Shown: piece after piece, positions 10,454 to 19,682 of the stretch
How positions within the stretch are numbered: position 1 is the stretch's first letter
Layout: each line of letters begins with the position of its first letter
From: a virus
Length of the DNA stretch: 64,000 nucleotides
Reading direction: 5' to 3' (one strand)
Virus record (IMG/VR): IMGVR_UViG_3300032287_003712
Span: 3,429 to 67,428 of that record
The notes under the pieces: generated by a model
Told to the model about the DNA's origin: nothing
The model's input: only the letters and a program-made list of their open reading frames with translations
Database searches by the model: none
Translations under genes and position numbers: made by a program

Positions 10454-10687
10454 ATGGCACAAGCGACCGCTCAAGCTTTATTAGCTGCTTTAACTGGCGA
10501 AGACGTCGGTTACAGAGAGAGCGAACTGCCGACTTCTCGGAGTCTCCTGAAAGAGATTCGTGATCCTGACGATCGCGCATCTTTGATTCTTCGTCTCGTC
10601 AGTCCTCTTAAGGACGAGTTGCTGTCTTTGGCAGCTTCTAATCGCACCCTGCTCACGCGTGGCGCTGAAAATCGTTCCTTTGTCTAA
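10454..10687 (+). CDS. hypothetical protein
   Basis: GAGG RBS, 77 aa. Confidence 0.6.
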   Translation: MAQATAQALLAALTGEDVGYRESELPTSRSLLKEIRDPDDRASLILRLVSPLKDELLSLAASNRTLLTRGAENRSFV

Positions 10688-10701
10688 CTTCTTTCGGGAC
10701 C

Positions 10702-11019
10702 ATGGCCGATAACTTTGCTGGTGCGGGGTCTTTCTTTAATCGAGCGTTAGCGGCTCAGCAGAGTGCGGCTGCGGGCCAAAGAGATTCAGACCGTGGATAC
10801 GCCGACGACGCCGAGAGAAACCCTTTTTCACAGTCGTTACATATTGGCGCTGTGCCGCCTGACGTAAATCAAGTTAGTGAAGAGGATTCACCGCAGTCAA
10901 ATTTTTTAAGCGACGTTAAAGAAGATCTGCTAAGTCGAGCGCAGCAGAAACGACGCCCTACAGATGGCGAACCTGCGTACCGAGCAGGCGGTGGAATCAA
11001 TTACGCGGTTAAGCGCTAA
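10702..11019 (+). CDS. hypothetical protein
   Basis: 105-aa ORF within the operon. Confidence 0.6.
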   Translation: MADNFAGAGSFFNRALAAQQSAAAGQRDSDRGYADDAERNPFSQSLHIGAVPPDVNQVSEEDSPQSNFLSDVKEDLLSRAQQKRRPTDGEPAYRAGGGINYAVKR

Positions 11020-11043
11020 TATACTGGCAGCCTCACTACGCCA

Positions 11044-11880
11044 GTGCTTTTTGATTGTTTTTTGTATTTTGATGAAAAAGAGCTGTTAGAGCTTCGCATC
11101 AATTTACTTAAAGATATTGTAGACGGCTTCATCATCACGGATGCCGACCGAACGTTTAAGGGCGATCCTAAGCCCTTTACGTGTGTAGAAACGATCCGGG
11201 AGTTAGGTCTGCCTGAGGAACGGATTCAAGTACTGCACGTCGAACTGCCTACACCAGAGCAAGCACCCAGCCCCTGGATCCGTGAGTACGCCCAACGCGA
11301 TGCACTTGCTGTGGGCATGCGGATGACTCCGCCGGATTCTGTCTTTTTCTTCAGTGATGTCGACGAAATTCCTAAACCTGAAGCTCTTCTTGAGGCTGTT
11401 GCGCTGGCTAAGGAAAATCCTGACCGGTGTGTCCGGTTGTCGATGCCGATGTTCTACGGCCGCGCCGATCTGCGGGTCATCAACCCGAAAGGGAAGCCGA
11501 CGGAAGCGCCTAACAACTGGACCTGCGGCACCGTGGTTTTATACGAACACTTAGAACAGACTCTCTCGGAAATTCGCCGTAATCCGAATGACGTGATTGT
11601 TGGTGACTGCGATGCGGGCTGGCATTTCAGCTGGATGGGCGACGCAGCGCGGATGAAACGTAAGGTTACGTCGTTCTCACATTGCTATGACGATATTCCT
11701 AATTCTGTAGCTCCCGCCTACAGTCAAGAAATGCTTGATTTTATCGATAATTACAAAGCTACTGAGGGCGCTACAGACCCCTTAGGGCGTTCGGACCACA
11801 TTTTGACATCGTATCCCCACGATTTATTACCCGCAGAATTGTTTAAACTTGAAAGAGTTAAGCAGTATCTCTTGCCGTGA
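11044..11880 (+). CDS. glycosyltransferase family 17 (beta-1,4-GlcNAc transferase-like)
   Basis: DCFLYFDEKELLELRI, E..QRD, SDVDEIP and GWHFSWMG motifs. Confidence 0.85.
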   Translation: MLFDCFLYFDEKELLELRINLLKDIVDGFIITDADRTFKGDPKPFTCVETIRELGLPEERIQVLHVELPTPEQAPSPWIREYAQRDALAVGMRMTPPDSVFFFSDVDEIPKPEALLEAVALAKENPDRCVRLSMPMFYGRADLRVINPKGKPTEAPNNWTCGTVVLYEHLEQTLSEIRRNPNDVIVGDCDAGWHFSWMGDAARMKRKVTSFSHCYDDIPNSVAPAYSQEMLDFIDNYKATEGATDPLGRSDHILTSYPHDLLPAELFKLERVKQYLLP

Positions 11881-11945
11881 GCCGAGGTGTCGTATTATCG
11901 GCATTATTTGCTACCGGTCTGCTCAATTGAGGTTTTAGATATCTG

Positions 11946-14171
11946 ATGGCGGACACAATCGGCGTTCGGCAACGATTTACCGAGATTCTGGAGGCGTCCA
12001 GGACACAGGATCGGTCGCGCCAGTCTGCCACGATGGTGGTGCTCAGCCATCTTCAGCAGATGGTCCTTCTGATGATTAAGAAGGGCCTCTTTTTCTACTG
12101 CGAACAAGACAGTTTTAAGGCTCGTACAAAGTTTCTTCAGGATTTACTTGACCTAAACCGTTTAGATATCCGTTTTCCTTCGATTATTCGTAACTTTTTA
12201 ATCGACGGTTGCGGGCTTTTTTACTTCCGCCCAGATCCCAAACTTAAATATCAGATTTACTTCTTTCAGAAGGATCAGTACAGGGTATATCACGACGTCA
12301 ACGGAGCTATAGAAGAAGTAATCATCATCTATAGCTACAAAGTTCGTAACTCCAACATCGGGTTGCCTGCCGACTCGTACGGAATGAACGAGCGGTACGT
12401 TCGAATCTCGATCACAGCTGACTCAATCTCTGAATTTGAGGCGAACACTGAACTTAGTTTTGACATTGAACCCGGCGTGGTTCTGACACCTAAGTCCAGT
12501 CGGCCAAACACGCTCGGTTTCATCCCTGCAGTTGAGGTTTTAAACAAACCGAACAGCAGCGGCACCGAAGGCGAGGGCGAATTTGAGCCCTTCATGGAGC
12601 AGATTGTGCTTCATGACCAGATGATGCGAAATATTGCGAAGAATATTGAATTCTTTGGTAATCCCACGCTGATCAGCTCTCGTCCCCGTAGCGATCTGGT
12701 CGAAGCTTCGGATTCTGACCGTACGTTCCGCCCGACTATTAGTAGTCAAAGCGGATTTGCCGGAAAAGACACGCCGTCGACCCGAGCTTCGGATCCGTTC
12801 GGCGCAAATATGTCGTTAGGCGGTCTGCGAGTTCCTCGCATCATCGCCAACGTCGAGCCGAACGACCGCGTGGGCTACATGACGCCCGACCCGGTTAACG
12901 GCGACATGAACCGGTATGCTCTGCTGCTGCGTGAAGAGATTCGAACGGCACTTGGCGGTGTGGACGAGATCTCTGTGTCCGCCGGTGCAACCGCAACCGA
13001 AATTAAAGGTCTTATGGGTCGGGCTCAGGCCACGGCGCTTCGTAAAAATAAGAGTTTTTTAACATACGGCTTCTGCCAGATCCTGGAGATGATTATTTAT
13101 CACCAGGAGCAGATTTTTAGGGAAAGTTTCGCTGCCGTTACGGAGTTAAAGAAGCCGAAACCGCCTAAAGAACAGACGCCTGAGGCTGTTGAGAAATATG
13201 AAGCGTCTCTTCAGAGGTTCGAGGCGAAATTAGACGCAGCGATTCAAAAAGCGCTCGAAGAGAGGCGTGTTCCGCCTGGTGTGTATGGTCTGCCACCGGA
13301 TGGCGACCGCGAGGTCTCGTATCGCTTCCAGGGCGACGTCTATGAAGACACAGCGTACGATTTAAACCAAAAATCTATCGTTGTCCGAAACCTACAGGAA
13401 CTCGGCGTGGACTCGGTCGAGGCAATTAAGTACCTCTTCCCGGATAAAACCGACTCCGAACGTGCGGAAATGTTGAAGGGTTTTCCCTTCCGCATGATTC
13501 AACAGACACAAAGCGCATTTCAGCAATTTTTAGTATTATTAAGTCAGATGTTGCAGACGCCACATCCTCTTGCGCCGAATCAACCCCTAGCGGCTGATCC
13601 TCGGCTAAACCTCACGCCCCTGTTTTACAGGACGTTTGATCACCTTGCGCAAGAACTGACTTACTCGGGCAGCTATGAGCCAGCAGATCCCAGCTTCGAT
13701 CCCGAGCCCGGTCTCCCCGGCGGTAGCGGCCCCGCAGGCAGCGCCCTCGGCGGACATGGGCTCCACCGCCTACCCCCAATGGGTGGCCAATACCCAGGCG
13801 GTCGCTTCGGCGACTATGCCTCAAGCGCCGTCGCCGGCAACACCGGTTACGGCCCCTTCTACCAACAACCAGTACAGCCAGTATCCGTCAACCTCCTCCC
13901 CGTCCAATCCGTGGGAAGCGGCGATGGGCAGTCTGGAGCGGGTGGTTTCCCGAATCTCCCCGTCCCCCAGCCAGGCACAACAGTATCCTCAGTACCTGAC
14001 GGCTCCGCAGGATACTCAACAGTACAGTCAAATTTCACAGGCCCAGCCGTGGCAGTTCCAAGCCCCTACGGCTCAGCCGACCTCGTTCAGCAACGGGTCT
14101 ACAACCCCGACTTCTTATCAGACTTCTACGGGTCAACCACAGCTAAGCGAGGCAAGCGCGGCCGTAGTTAA
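11946..14171 (+). CDS. portal protein
   Basis: Large helical protein between terL and scaffold/capsid, with LGFIPAVEV.N.P...GEGEF portal-like segment. The C-terminal ~165 codons overlap the next gene. Confidence 0.7.
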   Translation: MADTIGVRQRFTEILEASRTQDRSRQSATMVVLSHLQQMVLLMIKKGLFFYCEQDSFKARTKFLQDLLDLNRLDIRFPSIIRNFLIDGCGLFYFRPDPKLKYQIYFFQKDQYRVYHDVNGAIEEVIIIYSYKVRNSNIGLPADSYGMNERYVRISITADSISEFEANTELSFDIEPGVVLTPKSSRPNTLGFIPAVEVLNKPNSSGTEGEGEFEPFMEQIVLHDQMMRNIAKNIEFFGNPTLISSRPRSDLVEASDSDRTFRPTISSQSGFAGKDTPSTRASDPFGANMSLGGLRVPRIIANVEPNDRVGYMTPDPVNGDMNRYALLLREEIRTALGGVDEISVSAGATATEIKGLMGRAQATALRKNKSFLTYGFCQILEMIIYHQEQIFRESFAAVTELKKPKPPKEQTPEAVEKYEASLQRFEAKLDAAIQKALEERRVPPGVYGLPPDGDREVSYRFQGDVYEDTAYDLNQKSIVVRNLQELGVDSVEAIKYLFPDKTDSERAEMLKGFPFRMIQQTQSAFQQFLVLLSQMLQTPHPLAPNQPLAADPRLNLTPLFYRTFDHLAQELTYSGSYEPADPSFDPEPGLPGGSGPAGSALGGHGLHRLPPMGGQYPGGRFGDYASSAVAGNTGYGPFYQQPVQPVSVNLLPVQSVGSGDGQSGAGGFPNLPVPQPGTTVSSVPDGSAGYSTVQSNFTGPAVAVPSPYGSADLVQQRVYNPDFLSDFYGSTTAKRGKRGRS

Positions 14172-14589
14172 CCACTTCGGTCTCGAAGCTCCTGCTGTTC
14201 TGAACGAGTACGCCGTCACTCTCGAAGACGCTTTAATCAAGCAGAACGAGACGATGGAGGCTCTGGGTGCCCGCGCTGGCGCCATGGAGCATATGCTGAC
14301 GGATCCTGATCAACTCGCCGACTACACCAACCGGTTCTTCACTGAGGTGTACCCAGTCGACGATACCGCTACTGACGTGTATCCCTCCCAGGGTTACGAG
14401 CCTCAGTACGATCAGATGCCTGCTGTTCCCGCGGCTGCCACCGGCGGTGCGCGCAACGTCGATCCCGACACTCAGTGGCAAGGTTTCAACCAGACCATGA
14501 ACCGCTCTCCCGAGCAGGCGTGGCGCTATCTGTCACAAATGTCTCCCGACGCTCTGCGCAGCAAGCTGCTCTTCATGGATAACGGCTGA
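13675..14589 (+). CDS. putative capsid scaffolding/assembly protein
   Basis: Q/P/S/T-rich N-terminus and helical C-terminus. Lies between portal and capsid and is followed by a terminator. Confidence 0.6.
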   Translation: MSQQIPASIPSPVSPAVAAPQAAPSADMGSTAYPQWVANTQAVASATMPQAPSPATPVTAPSTNNQYSQYPSTSSPSNPWEAAMGSLERVVSRISPSPSQAQQYPQYLTAPQDTQQYSQISQAQPWQFQAPTAQPTSFSNGSTTPTSYQTSTGQPQLSEASAAVVNHFGLEAPAVLNEYAVTLEDALIKQNETMEALGARAGAMEHMLTDPDQLADYTNRFFTEVYPVDDTATDVYPSQGYEPQYDQMPAVPAAATGGARNVDPDTQWQGFNQTMNRSPEQAWRYLSQMSPDALRSKLLFMDNG

Positions 14590-14614
14590 TATAATCCAGG
14601 CGTAAGAGGACATT

Positions 14615-14639
14615 ACCCCGCCTCGTGCGGGGTTTTTTT
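14615..14639 (+). terminator. rho-independent terminator
   Basis: ACCCCGC-CTCGT-GCGGGGT hairpin followed by a T tract. Confidence 0.75.
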
Positions 14640-15305
14640 ATGAACGCCCGGCACGCCTTTCAGTCTTACTTTCTTTCCGTCGACGACGACCGAGCAGCTC
14701 AAAATTTCAAAGATTATGCGTATGTTTTAGAGGCGCTTCGGTACGCAGCGTTTAACGAGATCGTTCCAGACTTTGAGTTTGCTAATGCGTTCCCGGGAGA
14801 TCACTACAGACTTTTAAGTGGCCTCATTCGAACTGGGCGCCCACGCACCGTGGTCGACATCGGCACTTATCGCGGTTGTTCTGCCCGGGTAATGCTGGAT
14901 AACTCGTTTTTAGATTGCACTGTTCATACGTTTGACCTATATGACTACAAACATTTTGATTGGACTGTTCTCAACGAGTCTGATTTTGCGTCGGGTCGTT
15001 TGATTCAACATCTAGACGATTTGATTGACCCCGGCAGTTTTAAGAAGCACAAATCGTTGCTTGAGTCTGCTGATTTCATCATGCTTGATGGTCCCAAGGA
15101 CAGTAATTTTGAGCCCAAGTTTCTGCAGCTTCTGACAACACTGCAACCTACAAATAAATTCAAGTGGCTTTTTATTGACGACATTCGTTTTGACAACATG
15201 CTGCCCCTTTGGCGCGCCATCAAGTCGCCAAAACTAGATTTAAGTTCTTTCGGGCATTTTTCTGGCTCGGGACTGGTTAATATACAAGGAGGACTTGTTA
15301 TCTAA
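14640..15305 (+). CDS. class I SAM-dependent methyltransferase (Methyltransf_24-like)
   Basis: VVDIGTYRGCS, DFIMLDGPK and FIDDI motifs. Confidence 0.8.
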   Translation: MNARHAFQSYFLSVDDDRAAQNFKDYAYVLEALRYAAFNEIVPDFEFANAFPGDHYRLLSGLIRTGRPRTVVDIGTYRGCSARVMLDNSFLDCTVHTFDLYDYKHFDWTVLNESDFASGRLIQHLDDLIDPGSFKKHKSLLESADFIMLDGPKDSNFEPKFLQLLTTLQPTNKFKWLFIDDIRFDNMLPLWRAIKSPKLDLSSFGHFSGSGLVNIQGGLVI

Positions 15306-15306
15306 A

Positions 15307-15576
15307 ATGCCTTTCGCCAGTGAGGCTCAGCGCCGTAAGTTCTATGCCATGGCCGAGCGGGGTGAAATTTCAAAGGGCAAGGTGCGCGAATACGAAAAAG
15401 AAACCAAAGGCGATATCCCTGAGAAAGTAAAAAAAGTCAAAGAAGAAACTCTTGATGACGCTAAACGGCGCGCTGCGTATCTCGCTGAGCAAGGCAAAAG
15501 ACAAAAGCATTCGAAAGAAGCGGCTCGTTTGGCTAAATCAAAAGCCAAAAAAGCTGCCGCAAAACGTAGAGGTTGA
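15307..15576 (+). CDS. small basic phage protein
   Basis: MPFASEAQRRKFYA N-terminus and Lys/Ala-rich tail. AGGAGG upstream. Confidence 0.7.
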   Translation: MPFASEAQRRKFYAMAERGEISKGKVREYEKETKGDIPEKVKKVKEETLDDAKRRAAYLAEQGKRQKHSKEAARLAKSKAKKAAAKRRG

Positions 15577-15580
15577 TCAA

Positions 15581-15757
15581 ATGTCTGCACTGCATCGTCG
15601 GTACGGGGCTCTCCGCCCACTCAACTCGGAACTCGACGAGTTGAAGAAAGATCTTGAAACGCTTAAAGCGTTGTATACGCAGGATATGCAAAGCATATCC
15701 GCTGATATTCAGACGCTGAGCGATCAAATCTCAAGCGTGGCTCCGTCCGGCGTTTGA
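15581..15757 (+). CDS. small coiled-coil protein
   Basis: GAGG RBS and heptad pattern. Confidence 0.55.
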   Translation: MSALHRRYGALRPLNSELDELKKDLETLKALYTQDMQSISADIQTLSDQISSVAPSGV

Positions 15758-15797
15758 GTCGCAGGGATTTAAACTATAAATATCTGAGGGCGCGCCA

Positions 15798-16547
15798 ATG
15801 TATACGCCGTTGAGCAATTGGCGTCACGATGTCGGCCCACGTCGGGTTGAGTCTGGTCCTGCCCACGAGGGTTTCATAGTTGTCAGCTCTGGTATTCAAG
15901 ATCAGGGCGCTGACCTAGGTGTTGTTACCGCTGGACCCCCAGATCGTTACACCGGACTTTTAAGCACCGCGTGGCGCGCCGTACCTCCTGCGGTGTCTGG
16001 GTACTGGACTGACTTTTCTAACGTTGACTACGCGCCGAGTGGCGCACTTAGTAGCTACGTAGGGTATCGACCACTCGGTACTTCAAAGATTGCTAACGCC
16101 AAAGTTTCCAGTGCATACGGGCCGCAGTTTGGCGCTCGTGATGCTGGCGCTTACACGTACTTCCGAGGTACCGCACCCGACACTCAAAGGTATACCCCGT
16201 ACAACACACCTGATAACAACAGCGCTGCTCAGGGTTATACGGGCGGCGGTGTAACCCACGCTCGGTACGAGGGCGGAATCCTTACGAACCCGACTAACGA
16301 CACGTCGGGCTCACGCGCCTCGTGGCAGTACAACCCTCCTGTTTACTGTCAGACATTCACTGAAACCGTCCGGTCCACGACTCCTGGTTTGATGTCTTCG
16401 CCTTTGAGATTTGTGTACCGCGGCAAATCCTCTAGGTACGCTTACAACTACGGTTCTATTTACTACCAGGCGCCTGAAGGTGTTCGTACGATGCTGCATC
16501 GGTTTAGTCCCACGGTCAATTCGAGCAATCAAAAAAATATTGGCTAA
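15798..16547 (+). CDS. hypothetical virion-associated protein
   Basis: 249-aa Y/G/S/T-rich ORF upstream of the capsid gene. Confidence 0.65.
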   Translation: MYTPLSNWRHDVGPRRVESGPAHEGFIVVSSGIQDQGADLGVVTAGPPDRYTGLLSTAWRAVPPAVSGYWTDFSNVDYAPSGALSSYVGYRPLGTSKIANAKVSSAYGPQFGARDAGAYTYFRGTAPDTQRYTPYNTPDNNSAAQGYTGGGVTHARYEGGILTNPTNDTSGSRASWQYNPPVYCQTFTETVRSTTPGLMSSPLRFVYRGKSSRYAYNYGSIYYQAPEGVRTMLHRFSPTVNSSNQKNIG

Positions 16548-16631
16548 ATCCCGCTAAAAATGCGACACATACTCAGCGCATTCAGTCGGTTTTAGGTAAA
16601 GTAGTTATGTAGTTCTTCGGGAGTTGGCGCT

Positions 16632-18742
16632 TTGTTCGTCGACAATGATTTTCCGAAGCTGCTCGGTGCCGAATTATACCGTCCGCATCCTGCGTACGTT
16701 GTAGAAATGGCAGCTGAGCCCGTGGTTGTTCACGACTTGGACGCACGCGTCTAGAGTCCCTCTAGGTGAAAGCCTTTAGGTTAAACTCCGTGAATTGCTG
16801 GAAAGCCGGACCCGAAAGGGAGGCCAATCAGCAGCCAAGCCAGTCCGAAAAGACTGGAAGGTTCAACGACTAACACTGCTCGAATGCTCTCTCGAAGCGA
16901 CCGCTCCTTTCTTAAAGGGGTCTGTTTGGGCGATGGCTGCCTCAGGCAGATAACGACTTACCCAAGTCTTCATCTAACCCACTCCAAAAAACAGTTTGAG
17001 TTTCTCCGCTGGAAAGTGGGAAGGTTAAATCGTATTTTTGGAATAAAACAGCCCATTAAAAGCAGAGAAGCAAACTGTCAGACAGGAAGTTTTCCTGCTT
17101 GTCAGTGGTGGTCTAATCAACAAGAGCTGTTATTACCTATTTATAGGGAACTCTACCCTCACGGTAAAAAAGAGTTTACTGCTTCTTTTTTACGAGACGT
17201 AGGGTTAGAAGGGCTGTCTCTCCTTTATATGGATGACGGCACTTTACATCTCCGCAAGCGTGGCTCATACACGCGTACAGGAGAACCTTATATCAGGGAA
17301 CGCATTGTAGAGCTAGCTTTATATATCCCGTACGACACAGCTTTAGTTGTCTCGGATTGGATAGAAAGCCTTACAGGCGCCTCATTGGTTCCTCGGGTTC
17401 CGATGGCTAAAAAGAATCCTGATTTATGGAATCTCAGAGCCAACGGTACGTCCGCCAGGCAATTCGTCGAGGTTTTAAAGCCTTACGGTTGTAAAGCTAT
17501 GAGCTACAAATTCGACCTTCGCTACGACACCCGAACAAATCGGGGTAAGTCGAAGTGGAGCGAGGCTGACCGCAACAAATTTGTTGTAGAAGCCGATAAG
17601 GTGACACGAGTGCGGAGCACCCAAACAGAGGTTATACCTGCTGTGGGTGAAGATATAGTCTACTCATCAACGCCCTTAAGTTGATGTTACGTAAGGATAA
17701 AGAGCCTTACGGTGCTTGCTAAAGCATTACAGGTAGCAAACAACCCGGCCAGACCGTTCAGCTTGACCGTTATCGCTTCTGGGGCAACCCCGGTAGCAAG
17801 GAATCACGCGAGCGTACTGCAGAGCAGACCATTGGTACTGCAAGCAGCAGGAACATTGTCAAGGACAAAGTTCTTGTAACGCTCCGTGAGTATACAGGCC
17901 CTGCGGATCCGTCTGATCCTACTCAGCCCAGCACTTTCAAGATTGCGCGTGAGACGTTAATCACCGCGCAACGTTTGCTGTTGGACACCGGTAATCTTAC
18001 CGCGTTCCACCAGTCCATCGGCTCCTTAACTCTTCTCGACGACTATCGTCGTTGGCGCGACCGGGTGTTCATCAACGAACTCCTTAAAGCTGTTTCTAAG
18101 GGCCAAGCTTCTGACACCCAAGGTGGTTATTACTACCCTGGCGATCTCGCTGTCGGCAGCCTGACTTACGCCAACGCCGAACAAGCTAAGTTCGACGTTA
18201 AGGATGACCTGCTGCGCGTGGTGAAGAGCCTGCGTAAGCGGAATACTCCCACGTATCAGGACGGTTTCTATCGCTGCGTTTGCGATCCGACCTTCCTTAT
18301 GCACCTCCGCCAGAACAGCGACTTCCGCGAAGTTGCTCGTTACCCTGGCAACGGGCAGATCAACCCTCTCATGTCCTCGATGCAGCCTAACGCTGCCATC
18401 TACATGGGTCAGGGTTTTGGCCAAGCTACTTTTGTGGCTGGCGAGCCCATCATGCCCACCGGCTTCGTGTTCGAAGGCGTTCGCTTCTTCGAGTCCACGA
18501 ACATGCCCTCGCAGGCTCAGTCTGCGACTATCGGTGGTACTGCTGCTTCTTACGAAGCTGCGATCGGTATGTTCTTCGGTCCCCAGAGCGTTGGCGTCGG
18601 CATCGGCGGCAACAATGCTCAGGTGCTCCTGAACAACAACGACGACTTCAGCCGTTTCATCATGATGATTTGGAGCCTGTACGCAGGTTTCGAACTTCTG
18701 AACGCTGACTTCGCGACCATCGCTTACTCCTTTAACGCTTGA
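16632..18742 (+). CDS. major capsid protein, spliced: join(16632..16738,17734..18742), 371 aa
   Basis: Exon 1 from TTG reads MFVDNDFPKLLGAELYRPHPAYVVEMAAEPVVVHD+TT. Exon 2 gives T+AGC AAA CAA (F-SKQPGQTVQLDRYRFWG), in frame with ORF 17975..18742 (GFVFEGVRFFES, DDFSRF). Position and codon bias fit a capsid gene. Confidence 0.85.
16739..17733 (+). ncRNA. group I self-splicing intron (IA-like)
   Basis: P GAATTGCTGGAAA (16792), Q AATCAGCAGCC (16826), R GTTCAACGACTAA (16861), S AAGATATAGTCT (17650). Exon 1 ends in U paired to G in P1 (GACTT/GAGTC). Terminal G at 17733. Confidence 0.92.
16884..17684 (+). CDS. intron-encoded LAGLIDADG homing endonuclease
   Basis: Two motifs, FLKGVCLGDGCL and GLSLLYMDDGTL. 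AT-richer than the flanking exons. Confidence 0.88.
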   Translation: MLSRSDRSFLKGVCLGDGCLRQITTYPSLHLTHSKKQFEFLRWKVGRLNRIFGIKQPIKSREANCQTGSFPACQWWSNQQELLLPIYRELYPHGKKEFTASFLRDVGLEGLSLLYMDDGTLHLRKRGSYTRTGEPYIRERIVELALYIPYDTALVVSDWIESLTGASLVPRVPMAKKNPDLWNLRANGTSARQFVEVLKPYGCKAMSYKFDLRYDTRTNRGKSKWSEADRNKFVVEADKVTRVRSTQTEVIPAVGEDIVYSSTPLS

Positions 18743-18756
18743 GGAGATAACTAACG

Positions 18757-19629
18757 ATGGCCATCAATCCTAAACAGCTCGCCGTTACCAAGATCTATCC
18801 TGGTAACTATACGAACGTTCTTCGTTACTGGCATGACCCTAAGACGGTCACCTCCCTTAACGAAAACGGCACCAGTCAGAATCTGGTTAACCAGCCTGTC
18901 GGCGGCCCCGTGGGCGTCGTCGTTCAGCCTGGTTGGGTCGCACAACAGGCCGTAGGCTACGTCGACCTCTCCTACCAGAACCTGGGTAGCGTCAACCAGC
19001 TGGAGTACTACGCTACTCCTTTCGGCTCTGGTGGCGCTGACTACAGCACCTTCATCAGTGGTGCTGTGATCATTCCGTCCCCCGACTATCACAAAGATAT
19101 TCGGACGGATATCACCAACGGTATCGTGGTGCCTTCGGGTGCTTACGTGTATCGCGCCTCCATCCGTCTCGACGGCGGCGACGTGATCTCCAGCGGCGTA
19201 ACGGGCGGTTCTGCCACCCCGACTCTGGGCCTCGGCCCCGCTGTCGCCGTGGGTCTGAACACCACGCCTTCCCCCAGCGGTTTCTTTGCAACCCTGGTCG
19301 GCGCCAACAGCCGGATCGAAAACGGTTCGCAGAATTCCGCCAACGCGTGGAACACTGCAAACATGCACCGTGTGGCCGCAGACGCTACCTACCGTCTGTT
19401 CACTGTCGCCAACCTTGGCGGTGCCGCAGCTTCGGGTCTCACTCAAGCCGCCGGCGGTGTTTACGATCCTCGTGCTAAGGCTGGCAAACTCACCGGCCGC
19501 GATAAAGCACTCGCAATCTGCGAAGTGTGCTGGTTCGTTCCCGACGAAGCTCCCACCCGGAGCGACCTCGCCCTTCAGCCGGCAGGTGTGGTCGAATCCA
19601 GCATCTATACCTCGACATCCCCGACCTGA
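18757..19629 (+). CDS. putative capsid decoration/minor capsid protein
   Basis: Directly after the capsid gene with GAGGAG RBS, the same codon bias and a shared terminator. Confidence 0.65.
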   Translation: MAINPKQLAVTKIYPGNYTNVLRYWHDPKTVTSLNENGTSQNLVNQPVGGPVGVVVQPGWVAQQAVGYVDLSYQNLGSVNQLEYYATPFGSGGADYSTFISGAVIIPSPDYHKDIRTDITNGIVVPSGAYVYRASIRLDGGDVISSGVTGGSATPTLGLGPAVAVGLNTTPSPSGFFATLVGANSRIENGSQNSANAWNTANMHRVAADATYRLFTVANLGGAAASGLTQAAGGVYDPRAKAGKLTGRDKALAICEVCWFVPDEAPTRSDLALQPAGVVESSIYTSTSPT

Positions 19630-19650
19630 TAAACTCAGGTTGAAGGATGG

Positions 19651-19677
19651 GGCCCCCTCTTCGGAGGGGGTTTTTTA
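19651..19677 (+). terminator. rho-independent terminator
   Basis: CCCCCTC-TTCG-GAGGGGG hairpin followed by a T tract. Confidence 0.85.
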
Positions 19678-19682
19678 TTGCC

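Noticed and set aside
16884-17684. Intein or free-standing endonuclease interpretation
   Set aside because: The ORF has its own start and stop, is not fused to the capsid frame, and lies within complete group I intron elements.
17975-18742. 255-aa ORF as a complete gene
   Set aside because: The frame extends upstream to 17734 and is exon 2 of the spliced capsid gene.
18751-19446. 231-aa antisense ORF (also 18026..18424 and 57278..57829)
   Set aside because: Shadow ORFs opposite strongly biased genes, with no motifs.
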